This document shows positions 1-8,810 of a stretch of 64,000 nucleotides of DNA, in pieces. Origin of the DNA: a virus; IMG/VR virus record IMGVR_UViG_3300045988_168162, positions 32,001-96,000 of that record; one strand, written 5' to 3'. A model generated the notes under the pieces. That model was not told the origin of the DNA and ran no database searches. It saw nothing but the letters and a program-made list of their open reading frames with translations. Positions within the stretch are counted from its first letter, which is position 1; each line of letters begins with the position of its first letter. A program made the position numbers and the translations under genes.

Positions 1-1008
1 GTGCTTTTGAAAAAGAGAACTTAATTCTTTCGTCAGTGCCGGAATGATTTGATTCAATACACTCAAAGCACCATATTTTTTATTGAGTCCTGTTTTCTTT
101 TTGGCGAGTTTTTCTTGCCATGCAGTATCCTTATGTACGAGGTTATGATGCTTTGCGCATAAGCCAACGATATTGGCAATTGTGTTGCTGCCATTTTTAT
201 GTTGCGGTACTACATGATGGTAATGTTCAATAGGTTTCTTACAAAACAAGCAGTGCTGTTCCTGCATTTCAGAAACAGCGCTCTCAAGATCCCCTTTTTG
301 ATAGAGTGGACCCTGTTGGTACTGCCACTTCTTGATAACGGGATTATCAAGCTGCATGAAAGCAAATTTGTTAACCTCAAGCACAACATCACTGATGGGA
401 AGGAATTTTTGAATTTTCTTAACCAAGTTGATGTGTGTTTTGAGCAACTGATTTGCAGTAGGCGTAAGCCAGCCTTCCGGTCTTGTGCGATTGTTGAACT
501 TTGCTTCTTTGTTCTTGATGCCAATGCAAAGGACTTCTTTCTCGCAACCCGGAAGATGGCGCTTAATGACGCCAATTTCTTTTGCACGCTTGCTGACGCT
601 GCCATTTTGGGCAGTGTCTTGCTTCACGCACTTTTTAGAAATAGTGCCATTGGCTTTTGCTCTCCGCTGACGACGGCATCGTCTACCATTGGTACGTCTT
701 GCACGGCGGGAATCCTTACGCTTTTTCATCAATTTCGGAATTTCCTTGTTACGGGTTTCCAGATGTGCGGTAAAGACTGCCGTGCCGTCCGTTTTAACAA
801 CAGCAACACCGATATTGGTTCTGCCGGGGTCGATGCCCAAGTAAAGCGGTTGCACCACATCGTCAGTTTCATACAACAGTTGAATGGTAAACGGCTTTGT
901 TCTTACGGCTCGTGCTTTCTGCTCTTTAAGAAGATGGCGTACATGCCCACAGCGAGTCGTAGGCATTAAAGGTTTACCGTCTTTATTAAGCACATATACA
1001 GTGGACAT
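1..1008 (-). CDS. iscB: IscB-like RNA-guided nuclease (OMEGA), N-terminal 336 aa; C-terminus lies beyond the window start
   Basis: Frame is open from ATG 1008 to base 1 (checked codon by codon; absent from the ORF track). Motifs: PLMP (KDGKPLMP), RuvC-I LGIDPG, Arg-rich bridge [16 protein letters not shown], Ruv[44 protein letters not shown] lies 6 nt upstream. Confidence 0.85.
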   Translation of the reverse strand, partial: MSTVYVLNKDGKPLMPTTRCGHVRHLLKEQKARAVRTKPFTIQLLYETDDVVQPLYLGIDPGRTNIGVAVVKTDGTAVFTAHLETRNKEIPKLMKKRKDSRRARRTNGRRCRRQRRAKANGTISKKCVKQDTAQNGSVSKRAKEIGVIKRHLPGCEKEVLCIGIKNKEAKFNNRTRPEGWLTPTANQLLKTHINLVKKIQKFLPISDVVLEVNKFAFMQLDNPVIKKWQYQQGPLYQKGDLESAVSEMQEQHCLFCKKPIEHYHHVVPQHKNGSNTIANIVGLCAKHHNLVHKDTAWQEKLAKKKTGLNKKYGALSVLNQIIPALTKELSSLFQKH

Positions 1009-1230
1009 ATACGCCACCTCCTTTACGATAAGTCTCCCCTGCCGAAGCGGGAGGTTATGTTTCCCTTGGCTAGGTAGCAGCTTAGTAGTGTTGCAAGCTG
1101 GGAAAACCTGCAAGTACATCTGCTATCTTGATGTACAAAAGTACATCTGCCTGTGATATTGAAGGAACTTAGTGGAATGATATTATTTTATTAAAGTTCT
1201 TCAATACCCTACGACGATGTGCCGTTTCGG
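1009..1230 (-). ncRNA. Candidate IscB omega RNA (HEARO-type scaffold); boundaries approximate
   Basis: ORF-free 220 nt directly 5' of iscB on the same strand, where IscB omega RNAs are encoded. Hairpins: GATGTAC-TTTT-GTACATC, CAGCTT..AAGCTG, and UUCG-capped CTCCCGC-TTCG-GCAGGGGAG. Confidence 0.45.
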
Positions 1231-1239
1231 AAACCCGGA

Positions 1240-1317
1240 TGGAACTGGAGGGCCTCGAACCCAAAATCATAATCCCAGTTATGAGCTGGACGCACTAACC
1301 ATTTGTGCTACAGTTCC
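1240..1317 (-). tRNA. tRNA-like gene with CAU anticodon (Met or Ile2), aberrant variable/T region
   Basis: Acceptor GGAACTG/CAGTTCC, D arm GCAC-AAATGGTTA-GTGC, anticodon arm TCCAG-CTCATAA-CTGGG, T loop TTCGAGG. Only 3 clean T-stem pairs, and about 10 nt sit between the anticodon and T arms. Confidence 0.45.
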
Positions 1318-1409
1318 TTATAAAATGGTTCCGTTTTTATCCTTAACGGTTTCCGTAACAGATAAGTAAGAATGAAACAAATATAGAAGGAGGGGGATAC
1401 CAGCCCCCA

Positions 1410-1485
1410 TGGTCGAATAGGCGAAACTCGAATTCGCGGCCTCTTGCTCCCAGGGCAAGCGTTCTACCAGCTGAACTACTACTCG
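1410..1485 (-). tRNA. tRNA-Pro (anticodon UGG), CCA encoded, unusual C at position 33
   Basis: Full 76-nt cloverleaf folded by hand: CGAGTAG TA GTTC AGCTGGTA GAAC G CTTGC CCTGGGA GCAAG AGGCC GCGAA TTCGAGT TTCGC CTATTCG A CCA. Confidence 0.8.
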
Positions 1486-1491
1486 ATAATA

Positions 1492-1580
1492 AGAGAGAAC
1501 CTACCCCTGGATGACTCGAACGTCCGTTTTCAGCCTGCGCTGCTGTCCTTGCCTATTAGACGAAGCGGCAAGCTCTCTCT
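1492..1580 (-). other. tRNA-like element or degenerate tRNA (canonical T arm, non-canonical remainder)
   Basis: 7-bp outer helix AGAGAGA/TCTCTCT, hairpin TTGCC..GGCAA, T-arm-like GGACG-TTCGAGT-CATCC. A 10-nt insert precedes the 3' strand, and there is no U33-type anticodon loop. Confidence 0.3.
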
Positions 1581-2190
1581 GAATTGGATTGAAAGTGTTT
1601 TCTTCTTGGCTCCCATTTCTATAGCCAGGATTCCGATAGTGGCGAACTATCCTAGGTGTTGGTTTATCTGCTAATGTTTACAGACTCTATAGCAGACCAC
1701 ATGCGAGTGGTGAAACCTTTGGCACCTGCCGGTTATCTGCAGGCACACGCTTTCAATCTTGGCGGGGCACTATCCCCAGCCTGTTGGTGGGACCTGGACC
1801 TTGCGGCCAGCCCCCGAGTTGTGCGAGACCTAGATCTGAGCGAGGCGAATCCTGCCTTTGCCGTTTGGCATCTCGCGGTAACGGAACCTGAATTCATGCG
1901 GATTTCACTGGGCGATATCTAATAAATAGACACCGAAACCGTTCATCATCCGAAGCAGCTGGATTCCGTTTTGCCCTGATTCCGGCTTTCGGCAGGTGAT
2001 CGGCCTGCTATAGAACCAGGGCAATGGTGCGGAATGAATCTTGACCAGACAGCCCGCGATTGGTATGTATAATGCAATGGGTGTGGCGCATGGTCTGGGT
2101 GACAAATTTGAACACTCGGATATGACCTGAGTGTGGCGCGTGTTGCAAGGGAATTCTCGTGCCTGGAGGCAGCTGCACATTTCGATTATA
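1581..2190 (-). ncRNA. Large ORF-free structured RNA candidate between tRNAs (copy A of the repeated 5' module; ROOL/GOLLD-like context)
   Basis: No credible ORF or SD. Flanked by tRNA genes on the same strand. Begins with the 42-nt module shared with 24105-24146 and 25863-25904. TATAAT lies about 52 nt upstream of the module. Confidence 0.4.
2093..2134 (-). repeat. Conserved RNA module, copy A (hairpin ACACTC-AGGTCATATCC-GAGTGT plus AATTTGTCACCCAGAC)
   Basis: 37/42 identical to copy C. The stem difference A3/T21 versus T3/A21 is compensatory. CCAGAC pairs with GTCTGG at 2045-2050. Confidence 0.8.
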
Positions 2191-2321
2191 CTGACAAAGT
2201 AGTGGCATAATCCACTGGACAACCTGGGCCGTGACTGTCATTAACCCTTGGCAGAAACCAGGTATTACTTTCGCGAGAATCCTGTGGCGCTGCTGTGCGC
2301 TGTTGGTAAGATTCATTCCGT

Positions 2322-2396
2322 TGGAGCGGCTGAGGGGCGTCGAACCCCCGTCCCCAGCTTGGAAGGCTGGTATACTGGCCGTTGTACGACAGCCGC
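2322..2396 (-). tRNA. tRNA-Gly (anticodon UCC), CCA encoded
   Basis: 75-nt cloverleaf: GCGGCTG TC GTAC AACGGCCA GTAT A CCAGC CTTCCAA GCTGG GGAC GGGGG TTCGACG CCCCT CAGCCGC T CCA. Confidence 0.85.
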
Positions 2397-2838
2397 ATAA
2401 TAGGGCGGATTATTTTTACATGCTACCGCCTTCGCATGTTGCCCATATACCAGCCTTGAGGACAGCGAACTGTCGCACAGCCGGACATATGACCTTGTAC
2501 CAAGGATTTTTAAGAAACGTTGAGCGTGTGAACCGTAATCATTAAGCGTTGACGAAAAATAAACTTTGAATCTTGAGCGTTAAGCTGTTAGCGTTGAGCT
2601 GTTAGCTTTCCCATCAATTGTCTTCGTTGGGCTGCGGGCTTCACAAGTATCCGCAGCACGATCAATAATGACAACGAAGACCGTCTTTTCAGCAATCATA
2701 ATTTTAATGATATGGCAGAGTTCCAGATTTCAGTTTCAACTCAGTCCTGAACCCCAAGGGGACGGAGCGGCTGTGATTTATCGCTTTCGATATACAGGCA
2801 AGATCTATTTAATAACGAGTGTTAAGCTCGGAAGGATA

Positions 2839-3501
2839 TCAGTATTCGATGGTGATGGTTGTGGTGGCGTTGGAGACCGAGAGGGCAGCATCCAGATCGT
2901 TCTGGAAGGTGGTTACCATAGTCTCCAGCTCCTCGATGCGGGACGAGATCGTCTGCTTGTTCTGCTTCAGGCCATCGAAAACCTCGTAGGTATTGGCCTT
3001 GACGTAGGCTTCGCGGGCAGCTTCGACCTCTTTGGGATCGGCCGCCTTGGCCGCCTTATCGCCGCCGTACAGAGATGCGATATAGGAATCCGTGCGCTTA
3101 TCCAGCGTGGCGTTTTCATCCTCGACTTCCGATACGGCGTTGCTGTACTGGTAGCGCAGCTGGTTGAGCAGGTCTTTATACGGCTGGTAGCCAACCTGTT
3201 TCATAACGATAGCCTCGGCCACGGTCATGGTTTTATCGCCGACCTGGATCTTGGTGGTGGCGTTGGATACGGGGATGGCCATTTTAATGGCGTTGCGGCG
3301 ATGGATCAGCTCACTGATTTTATCGTAGGCGGAGACTGCCTTTGCGGTGAACTCTTCTGTGGGCTGACCGAGCAGCTTTTTGGCATTCATCTTGGCGCTC
3401 ATGCAGAAGTTGGCTTCACCAATGGCCTTGCCGATGCGCTTATCAATGGTTTTGAGCTCGACAAGGGCGCGGTGGATGGTCATGGTTTCGGTAGTGGACA
3501 T
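2839..3501 (-). CDS. Hypothetical protein (220 aa, helical/coiled-coil character)
   Basis: ORF track. SD GGAGG upstream of ATG 3501. The antisense ORF 2668-3525 is a low-complexity shadow. Confidence 0.7.
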   Translation of the reverse strand: MSTTETMTIHRALVELKTIDKRIGKAIGEANFCMSAKMNAKKLLGQPTEEFTAKAVSAYDKISELIHRRNAIKMAIPVSNATTKIQVGDKTMTVAEAIVMKQVGYQPYKDLLNQLRYQYSNAVSEVEDENATLDKRTDSYIASLYGGDKAAKAADPKEVEAAREAYVKANTYEVFDGLKQNKQTISSRIEELETMVTTFQNDLDAALSVSNATTTITIEY

Positions 3502-3574
3502 GGGAAGGACCTCCTTGAAGTTTGAAATTTTATGGTTTATGTTTATGTGCCGTTAATTCTTGACGGCTTAAATA

Positions 3575-3603
3575 TCCCGGCCTGTATGACCGGGGTATTT
3601 TTT
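3575..3603. terminator. Hairpin CCCGG-N9-CCGGG with T-run on the + side and A-run on the - side (bidirectional-looking)
   Basis: Lies immediately 3' of the minus gene that ends at 3602. GTATTTTTTA follows the stem on the + strand. Confidence 0.45.
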
Positions 3604-4693
3604 ATTGGTCGCTGATTTCACACCAACGATAATAATTGATAGTGCAAAGGCGTTTATTGCAAGTGGAAACGTAGGAATCTGCAATTGCTTTTGCCTCTTC
3701 AGGCGGAAGATTCTCTTTTTTTAAACGATAGAATATCCCGCTTAACATGATGGTTTCAGGGGTAAGTGTTTTGCTGCGGAACGGAGAATCCGACGGCAAT
3801 CTTTCCTGATGGGGTTTCATATTGCGGCTAAACGTATGCAGATATTCAAGACGTGTGCCATTTTTAGCTTTGTTCTCTGCACGATCCGACTTGATATTAC
3901 TTCTTGCTTTTACGACACGGCGAAGAATGTAGTCGGTTTCATCGTCGCAATATCTTAACACAGTGGGAGTATAAGTGCCATCGTTACGCGGAGATTTATA
4001 GAGACCGTTACAAGTATCTGACACAATGGCCAGTTTTATTGTGCGTAAGAAATCTGCATCCGTGATACTGATGCTATGACCATTATACTGGATATACGCG
4101 GGGCTGTTTTCTGTCTTATCGTGAAAATCCTTATGAGTCATATTCTCGATTTCATTACGTGAGAAACCGATCCACAGTAAGACAAGGCTGGCAGCCAGGT
4201 GAATATACGTATCATTGGGGAATACCGCGAAACAGAAATCTTTAAATTCCTGCTCAGAAAAGAACATGGAATGACGATAATCTTCATCTGACTGAAATAC
4301 CAACTTATTGCCGATTACTGGCTTTTTGGTAGCATTGCCATCGCGGAGCATTTTTGTTCTGAAATAGATATCTTGTAGTGGATGCTGATTGCAGACAGCG
4401 TTAGGCACATAACCGGAAGAAGAGAGCCAATCAAGATACTGACGCATGGAGTTAATATAATAAATCAAGGAACGGTATTTCTCTGAATTTGTTTCTTTTA
4501 CAATAGCAGAATAGGAAAAATATTGTTCCAGACATTGCTCGACCTGGGAAGGTGTGAGATCTTGAAATGGGCACTGGACCTGCTTTTCAAAAAGAGCAAT
4601 TACTTTATTGATATATTTTTTAGTTGCGATGGTGGTGGTCTTATTATATTGATCGATATAGGAAATATGCGCGGAATCGTTTTGAGTTGCCAT
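3602..4693 (-). CDS. Hypothetical protein (363 aa)
   Basis: ORF track. A segment LLWIGFSRNEIENMTHKDF faintly resembles tyrosine-recombinase box I, but no HxxR..Y was found. Confidence 0.6.
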   Translation of the reverse strand: MATQNDSAHISYIDQYNKTTTIATKKYINKVIALFEKQVQCPFQDLTPSQVEQCLEQYFSYSAIVKETNSEKYRSLIYYINSMRQYLDWLSSSGYVPNAVCNQHPLQDIYFRTKMLRDGNATKKPVIGNKLVFQSDEDYRHSMFFSEQEFKDFCFAVFPNDTYIHLAASLVLLWIGFSRNEIENMTHKDFHDKTENSPAYIQYNGHSISITDADFLRTIKLAIVSDTCNGLYKSPRNDGTYTPTVLRYCDDETDYILRRVVKARSNIKSDRAENKAKNGTRLEYLHTFSRNMKPHQERLPSDSPFRSKTLTPETIMLSGIFYRLKKENLPPEEAKAIADSYVSTCNKRLCTINYYRWCEISDQ

Positions 4694-4751
4694 AGTAGGC
4701 CCACCTTTCTATAGTATTATTTTACACTATGTAGGTGGGCTTTTCAAGCCC

Positions 4752-5177
4752 TTAGCAGGGAATCGCTACTTGCTCAGACTGTGGAGCCGGCATATTAGAA
4801 ATGATCATGAAAGGATTTTGTGCGAGGATAGCCGGGATGACACGCTGCCAATTTTCGTTTGTGAAATAGCCAATCGGCTCAGACAATTGAGAATGCAGCA
4901 GCACATCGCGGCTTTCCACGACCAGGGTGGAATCATAGATAAGGCCATCCACTTCTGCCGCGGCAAAATCTACGTGAGCAGGATTGCGGCGGCCAAAGCG
5001 CTTTGTTGTGAAAGGAATCACCTCGCACTGGCCGGAGAAGCGGTTGTAGCGATTGTTGCTGATGACCAGATAGGGGTGAAGACCAACATACTTGTGAGTC
5101 GGGCTGGGGGTGCCCTGTTCGACGTACCCCAGCCGGATCTCTCCCAATTTAGGGATCGAAGTGCCGGGTGTAAACAT
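4752..5177 (-). CDS. PemK/MazF-family endoribonuclease toxin-like protein
   Basis: GEIRLGYV..HPYLVISNNRYNRFSGQCEVIPFTTK..NPAHVDF..DSTLVVESRDVL aligns motif by motif with MazF/EndoA (RPVLVIQND.GNRFSPT..V..IT..LPTHV). Confidence 0.75.
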   Translation of the reverse strand: MFTPGTSIPKLGEIRLGYVEQGTPSPTHKYVGLHPYLVISNNRYNRFSGQCEVIPFTTKRFGRRNPAHVDFAAAEVDGLIYDSTLVVESRDVLLHSQLSEPIGYFTNENWQRVIPAILAQNPFMIISNMPAPQSEQVAIPC

Positions 5178-5298
5178 AGGTTTAAATTCCTCCTTAAAGG
5201 ATATTCAGTAGGATTTTGGGTGCTTGCTTTGTTTTTTCTTACTGTAGCTATAGTATAGCATAGTTTTAACGGCACGTCAATAGCTTTTTGAAAAAAAT

Positions 5299-5604
5299 TT
5301 ATGCCATGGTAATGCGGAACGCCATGCCATGGGACAGCACTTGAAGTGCCACGCAAGAGGGGGTGGAGCCAAGCTCATATTCAACCTTAACAGCAGGGCC
5401 CTCGATACAAAAAGAAGCGGTATCGTTTACAAGATCCAACTGTTTTACGGTTCCGCCTGATTTATAAAGGGAAAGAGAAGCGCTGTTAAAACGGATCGTC
5501 AGGCCAGTTCGTCCATCAGGGCTATAATGATGTACGCTGATCGCATTGTACTGGCGAAAGATACTGGCAAGCTCCTGAAGCGTGATGGTTTTAGATTGCG
5601 GCAT
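5299..5604 (-). CDS. Hypothetical protein (101 aa)
   Basis: Internal ATG 5604 is preceded by GAGGAGGAGA. The longer ORF-track start lacks an SD. Confidence 0.55.
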   Translation of the reverse strand: MPQSKTITLQELASIFRQYNAISVHHYSPDGRTGLTIRFNSASLSLYKSGGTVKQLDLVNDTASFCIEGPAVKVEYELGSTPSCVALQVLSHGMAFRITMA

Positions 5605-5840
5605 GAAATTTCTCCTCCTCTTTGCCTGGATGTCCGAATTATAGGACACACTATATTGTATAATACTGTTATGTAAAGAAAGCACCCGCTGCCAGGCCCC
5701 TCATCCTGGCAACAACCGGCAACAACGATACAACCAACTGTTGTGTTTTGAATCTAGTATACACCAATCATTTCCAGATTGCAATAGGGAACCGGTAGCA
5801 ATTGGTTGCTCCTACTGAGATTTGAACGGAGGCATGTAGT

Positions 5841-6056
5841 ATGGTAAATGTTGGAAGCAAAATCAAATTATGGCGGACAAACCGCGGAATCAACCAGAAA
5901 CAGATGGCTGCCTTGACCGGGTTTAGTTTGCGGGCGCTGCAAGGATGGGAAAGAGGGGAGACATCACCCAGCCTGGACGCCGTAGTAGCACTGGCACTGG
6001 CTATGAACGTTACGGCGGATTGGTTGCTTGGGCTGGACGAAGATCAGAAGTCCTGA
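5841..6056 (+). CDS. XRE/Cro-CI family helix-turn-helix regulator
   Basis: IKLWRTNRGINQKQMAALTGFSLRALQGWERGETSPSLDAVVALALAMNV is the classic HTH_3 pattern. It is the only + gene in the leftward block. Confidence 0.8.
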   Translation: MVNVGSKIKLWRTNRGINQKQMAALTGFSLRALQGWERGETSPSLDAVVALALAMNVTADWLLGLDEDQKS

Positions 6057-6310
6057 AGTGCGGAGATCATTTCGCGCAGATCGTCGACCATGTTGGCAAG
6101 GTCATCCTTTTGTTCTTCCAGCGTGCCGATTCCTTCTTCCATTTCGATACCGCGGTCAGACTGCTGCAAAGATTCCGGCATGTTATCAAAGGCTTCGGAT
6201 TCATCATCATAGATTTGTTCGAGCAGGATCTGCTGTTCTTCGAGTGCGTCAGCAATAGTGCCTAGCCGTTTTGCGACGGACTTGAGCTGCTTACGACGAT
6301 CGTTATTCAT
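6044..6310 (-). CDS. Hypothetical acidic protein (88 aa)
   Basis: ORF track; compact fit to neighbours. Confidence 0.55.
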   Translation of the reverse strand: MNNDRRKQLKSVAKRLGTIADALEEQQILLEQIYDDESEAFDNMPESLQQSDRGIEMEEGIGTLEEQKDDLANMVDDLREMISALQDF

Positions 6311-6325
6311 AATAGACCTTCCTTA

Positions 6326-7792
6326 TTATAATAGGGGAGCATTGTGCTCCTGCATAAAAAGTTCTGCGTTTCGGCGCAGGAGACAGGGATCATTTTGGAA
6401 CTTGCCATCTACCACGCATTGCAGAAGATGGTTAAAGCATTGGCCGAACAAAGGGCCAGGACGATAGCCCATCTCCATAAGATCATGACCATTGATGTGC
6501 AGGTCCTGGATGGAGAGCTTGCGCCCCTCGAAAATTGCGATAGCGAGATACAGGTATGTGATTTCGGCCTTGCGCATAGCGTTCATAGTGCCAAACTTGG
6601 TATAATCGACACCGTGGGCGTAGAGATCAGCAAAACGGACAGCCATAAGCAGCTGGGCATTGACAGGACCAAGAGCGGCCAGCAGACGATTGGCACAGCG
6701 GACGGTGGGTTCAAATTGGCGGTCGTGGTTTTTGATGAGCAGGACGATCCGTTCCCGTTCCGCGTTAGAAAACTTGAGGCGGCGAAGAATGTCATCGGCA
6801 AGTTCGGCACTTTTTTCAGCATGGCCGTAAAAGTGGCCGGTGCCGCCATCATCGACCGTATAGCATACTGGTTTGGCAATATCATGCAAAAGCATCGTTA
6901 TGCAGAGCTCGAACCAGTGAGCGTGGATAGCAGCGGTAAACTCGGGGAGTTTTTGGGTGACGCTCTTCAGTTCCACGACAGACTTTAGAATATGATCTTG
7001 CACGGTGTAGATATGATAGGGACTGTGCTGCTGAAAATCACGACTGAGATAAAGTTCCGGGATAATTTCTTCCAGTACGTCGATATAATCGAAAAGAAGC
7101 AGACTGAAATCATCGTGCTCATAGCTGGAGGTGAAGATTTTGCGGAGTTCGGACTGTACACGTTCGGCGGAAAGACCGACAAGCATCTGAACATTCGCAT
7201 GAATTGCTGCTTCGGTTTGTACATCGATCGTCAAATCATAGCTGACGGCAAAGCGCAGGGCACGTAAGATACGCAGAGGGTCCTCCTGGAAGCGTTTGTT
7301 AGGGTCACCAACGCATTTGATGAAATTGCTGCACATATCCGCATAGCCTTTAAAGGGGTCGACGATCCCAATCGTGTAAGTGCCTTCTTGGGATGCATCA
7401 TCATTCGGTAAAATTCTGCCAGCGATGGCATTCATGGTGAAATCACGGCGGGCAAGATCTTCTGTGATATCATCGACAAACTCGACCGTATCAGGATGGC
7501 GGTGGTCTTTGTAAATGCCGTCTTTACGCATGGTTGTGACTTCGTACTGGCCGTCCGGCATGATAACTGTAACAGTGCCATGCTTGATGCCGGTATCAAT
7601 GGTAGGAGAGAAGAGAGATTTTACCGTGGTTGGGTCGGCCTGGGTGACAACATCATAATCGTGCGGTGTTTTATCGAATAGAATGTCCCGCATACAGCCA
7701 CCAACAAGGTAGGTTTTATAACCGGCACCTTCTAACTGGAGGACAAGGGTAACAAGATCATGCGGCAGGGGGATACCTTGTAGTACAGGCAT
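6326..7792 (-). CDS. cca: CCA-adding tRNA nucleotidyltransferase with C-terminal HD domain
   Basis: LVGGCMRDILF..PHDYDVVT, RKDGIYKDHRHPDTVEF, EDLARRDFTMNAIA (class II head domain). HD motif MLLHDIAKP. Confidence 0.9.
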   Translation of the reverse strand: MPVLQGIPLPHDLVTLVLQLEGAGYKTYLVGGCMRDILFDKTPHDYDVVTQADPTTVKSLFSPTIDTGIKHGTVTVIMPDGQYEVTTMRKDGIYKDHRHPDTVEFVDDITEDLARRDFTMNAIAGRILPNDDASQEGTYTIGIVDPFKGYADMCSNFIKCVGDPNKRFQEDPLRILRALRFAVSYDLTIDVQTEAAIHANVQMLVGLSAERVQSELRKIFTSSYEHDDFSLLLFDYIDVLEEIIPELYLSRDFQQHSPYHIYTVQDHILKSVVELKSVTQKLPEFTAAIHAHWFELCITMLLHDIAKPVCYTVDDGGTGHFYGHAEKSAELADDILRRLKFSNAERERIVLLIKNHDRQFEPTVRCANRLLAALGPVNAQLLMAVRFADLYAHGVDYTKFGTMNAMRKAEITYLYLAIAIFEGRKLSIQDLHINGHDLMEMGYRPGPLFGQCFNHLLQCVVDGKFQNDPCLLRRNAELFMQEHNAPLL

Positions 7793-8798
7793 GGTAGTTT
7801 ACCTCCATAACGAGTTCTTCTACCCGTTTATAATCCGAGGTTTTGGGGAGCATGGTGTTGGCTTTGTCATATTGCAGGCGCTTTTCATACTGATCGATGA
7901 GATCGAAAAACTCCTGGTAGTAAGTGCCGTCCGGCTTTTGGAACTTACCGGCGCGGATCTCCAAGAGGAAATCGCGGTCGTTTTCGCGGTAGGTGTTGAT
8001 CTCGCCTTTTTCAAGAATATCAAAGCACATGAGATAAAGCCAGACCAGGTGCATGGCGTGCTTATTCAGATGCAGATCATCCTTTTTGCTGTTGCGCTTT
8101 CCGAGCTTGGCGTACTGGCCGATGACCGTGCCGAGATCAGAATTCATTTCCTTAAAGCTGCGGAGTGGATAATGTTTAAGGTCGCAGTCAATGAAGATTT
8201 CTGTCTCCATGCCCTCTGTTACGCCTTTGTCAATATATAGGTGAACGGAATCACCAGGGATATCGGCGTGCTGCAAACGGAAGTTTTCAAAGACAGATTT
8301 GCAGGTGCCTAGAATATGGCGCTCTTTTTCATCCTGGTGATAGTGGTCATGTGCCAGGGCATTTTGCAGGCGGCGCAGCTGCTGATTGGCATAACCGCCA
8401 AAAGCGTGGACGGCCGTTTGAGAGAGAAATAGTTTTTTATTTTCAATAAGCATCTGGCCCGCCGGAGTGATGTAAAAATACTGGTCCGGTTTATTGCCGA
8501 GAAGTTCGATCGTGTTGGGATTACAAGAGAGCAGTAGACTGACGAGCTTATTGAAACCGAAGATCGTAGTGTCGGTGCCAGTATCAACACGCTGCTCAAA
8601 ATTAGAGAAACCGAGAATATCCTGCGGGGAGTTCATGGCACAGCCGCGGACATCCACATCCGAACCTTCGACATTGGTGCCATAGGCGTGACTGCCGCCG
8701 AGCGTTAGGAACATAATGTTTTCGCCCAGGTGCGGATCGGTGCGCAAGAAATCATAAGCAGGGGACAAGATCAGGTCATCGAATTCGTTTTGTGTCAT
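7758..8798 (-). CDS. Pol-beta-fold nucleotidyltransferase, RlaP-like (RNA-repair-associated family)
   Basis: N-terminal LTLGGSHAYGTNVEGSDVDVRGC matches the GS-x-YG..SD-x-D signature. Overlaps the cca start by 35 nt. Confidence 0.55.
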   Translation of the reverse strand: MTQNEFDDLILSPAYDFLRTDPHLGENIMFLTLGGSHAYGTNVEGSDVDVRGCAMNSPQDILGFSNFEQRVDTGTDTTIFGFNKLVSLLLSCNPNTIELLGNKPDQYFYITPAGQMLIENKKLFLSQTAVHAFGGYANQQLRRLQNALAHDHYHQDEKERHILGTCKSVFENFRLQHADIPGDSVHLYIDKGVTEGMETEIFIDCDLKHYPLRSFKEMNSDLGTVIGQYAKLGKRNSKKDDLHLNKHAMHLVWLYLMCFDILEKGEINTYRENDRDFLLEIRAGKFQKPDGTYYQEFFDLIDQYEKRLQYDKANTMLPKTSDYKRVEELVMEVNYHACTTRYPPAA

Positions 8799-8810
8799 AG
8801 GACCTCCTTA

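Noticed and set aside
199-969. 256-aa + strand ORF at the left edge
   Set aside because: It is in exact antisense codon phase with the IscB frame, which carries the PLMP, RuvC and HNH motifs.
1492-2190. A group I intron splitting a tRNA (3' half = T arm at 1509-1525)
   Set aside because: The sequence following the T arm (AGGGGTA) has no complementary 5' acceptor strand anywhere in 1581-2320. The matches to the P/Q/R/S core elements are too weak.
2487-2502. Fourth partial copy of the loop motif (AAGGTCATATGTCCGG) upstream of tRNA-Gly
   Set aside because: Only the loop-like core matches, and with an insertion. There is no flanking stem and no CCCAG element, so it may be chance.
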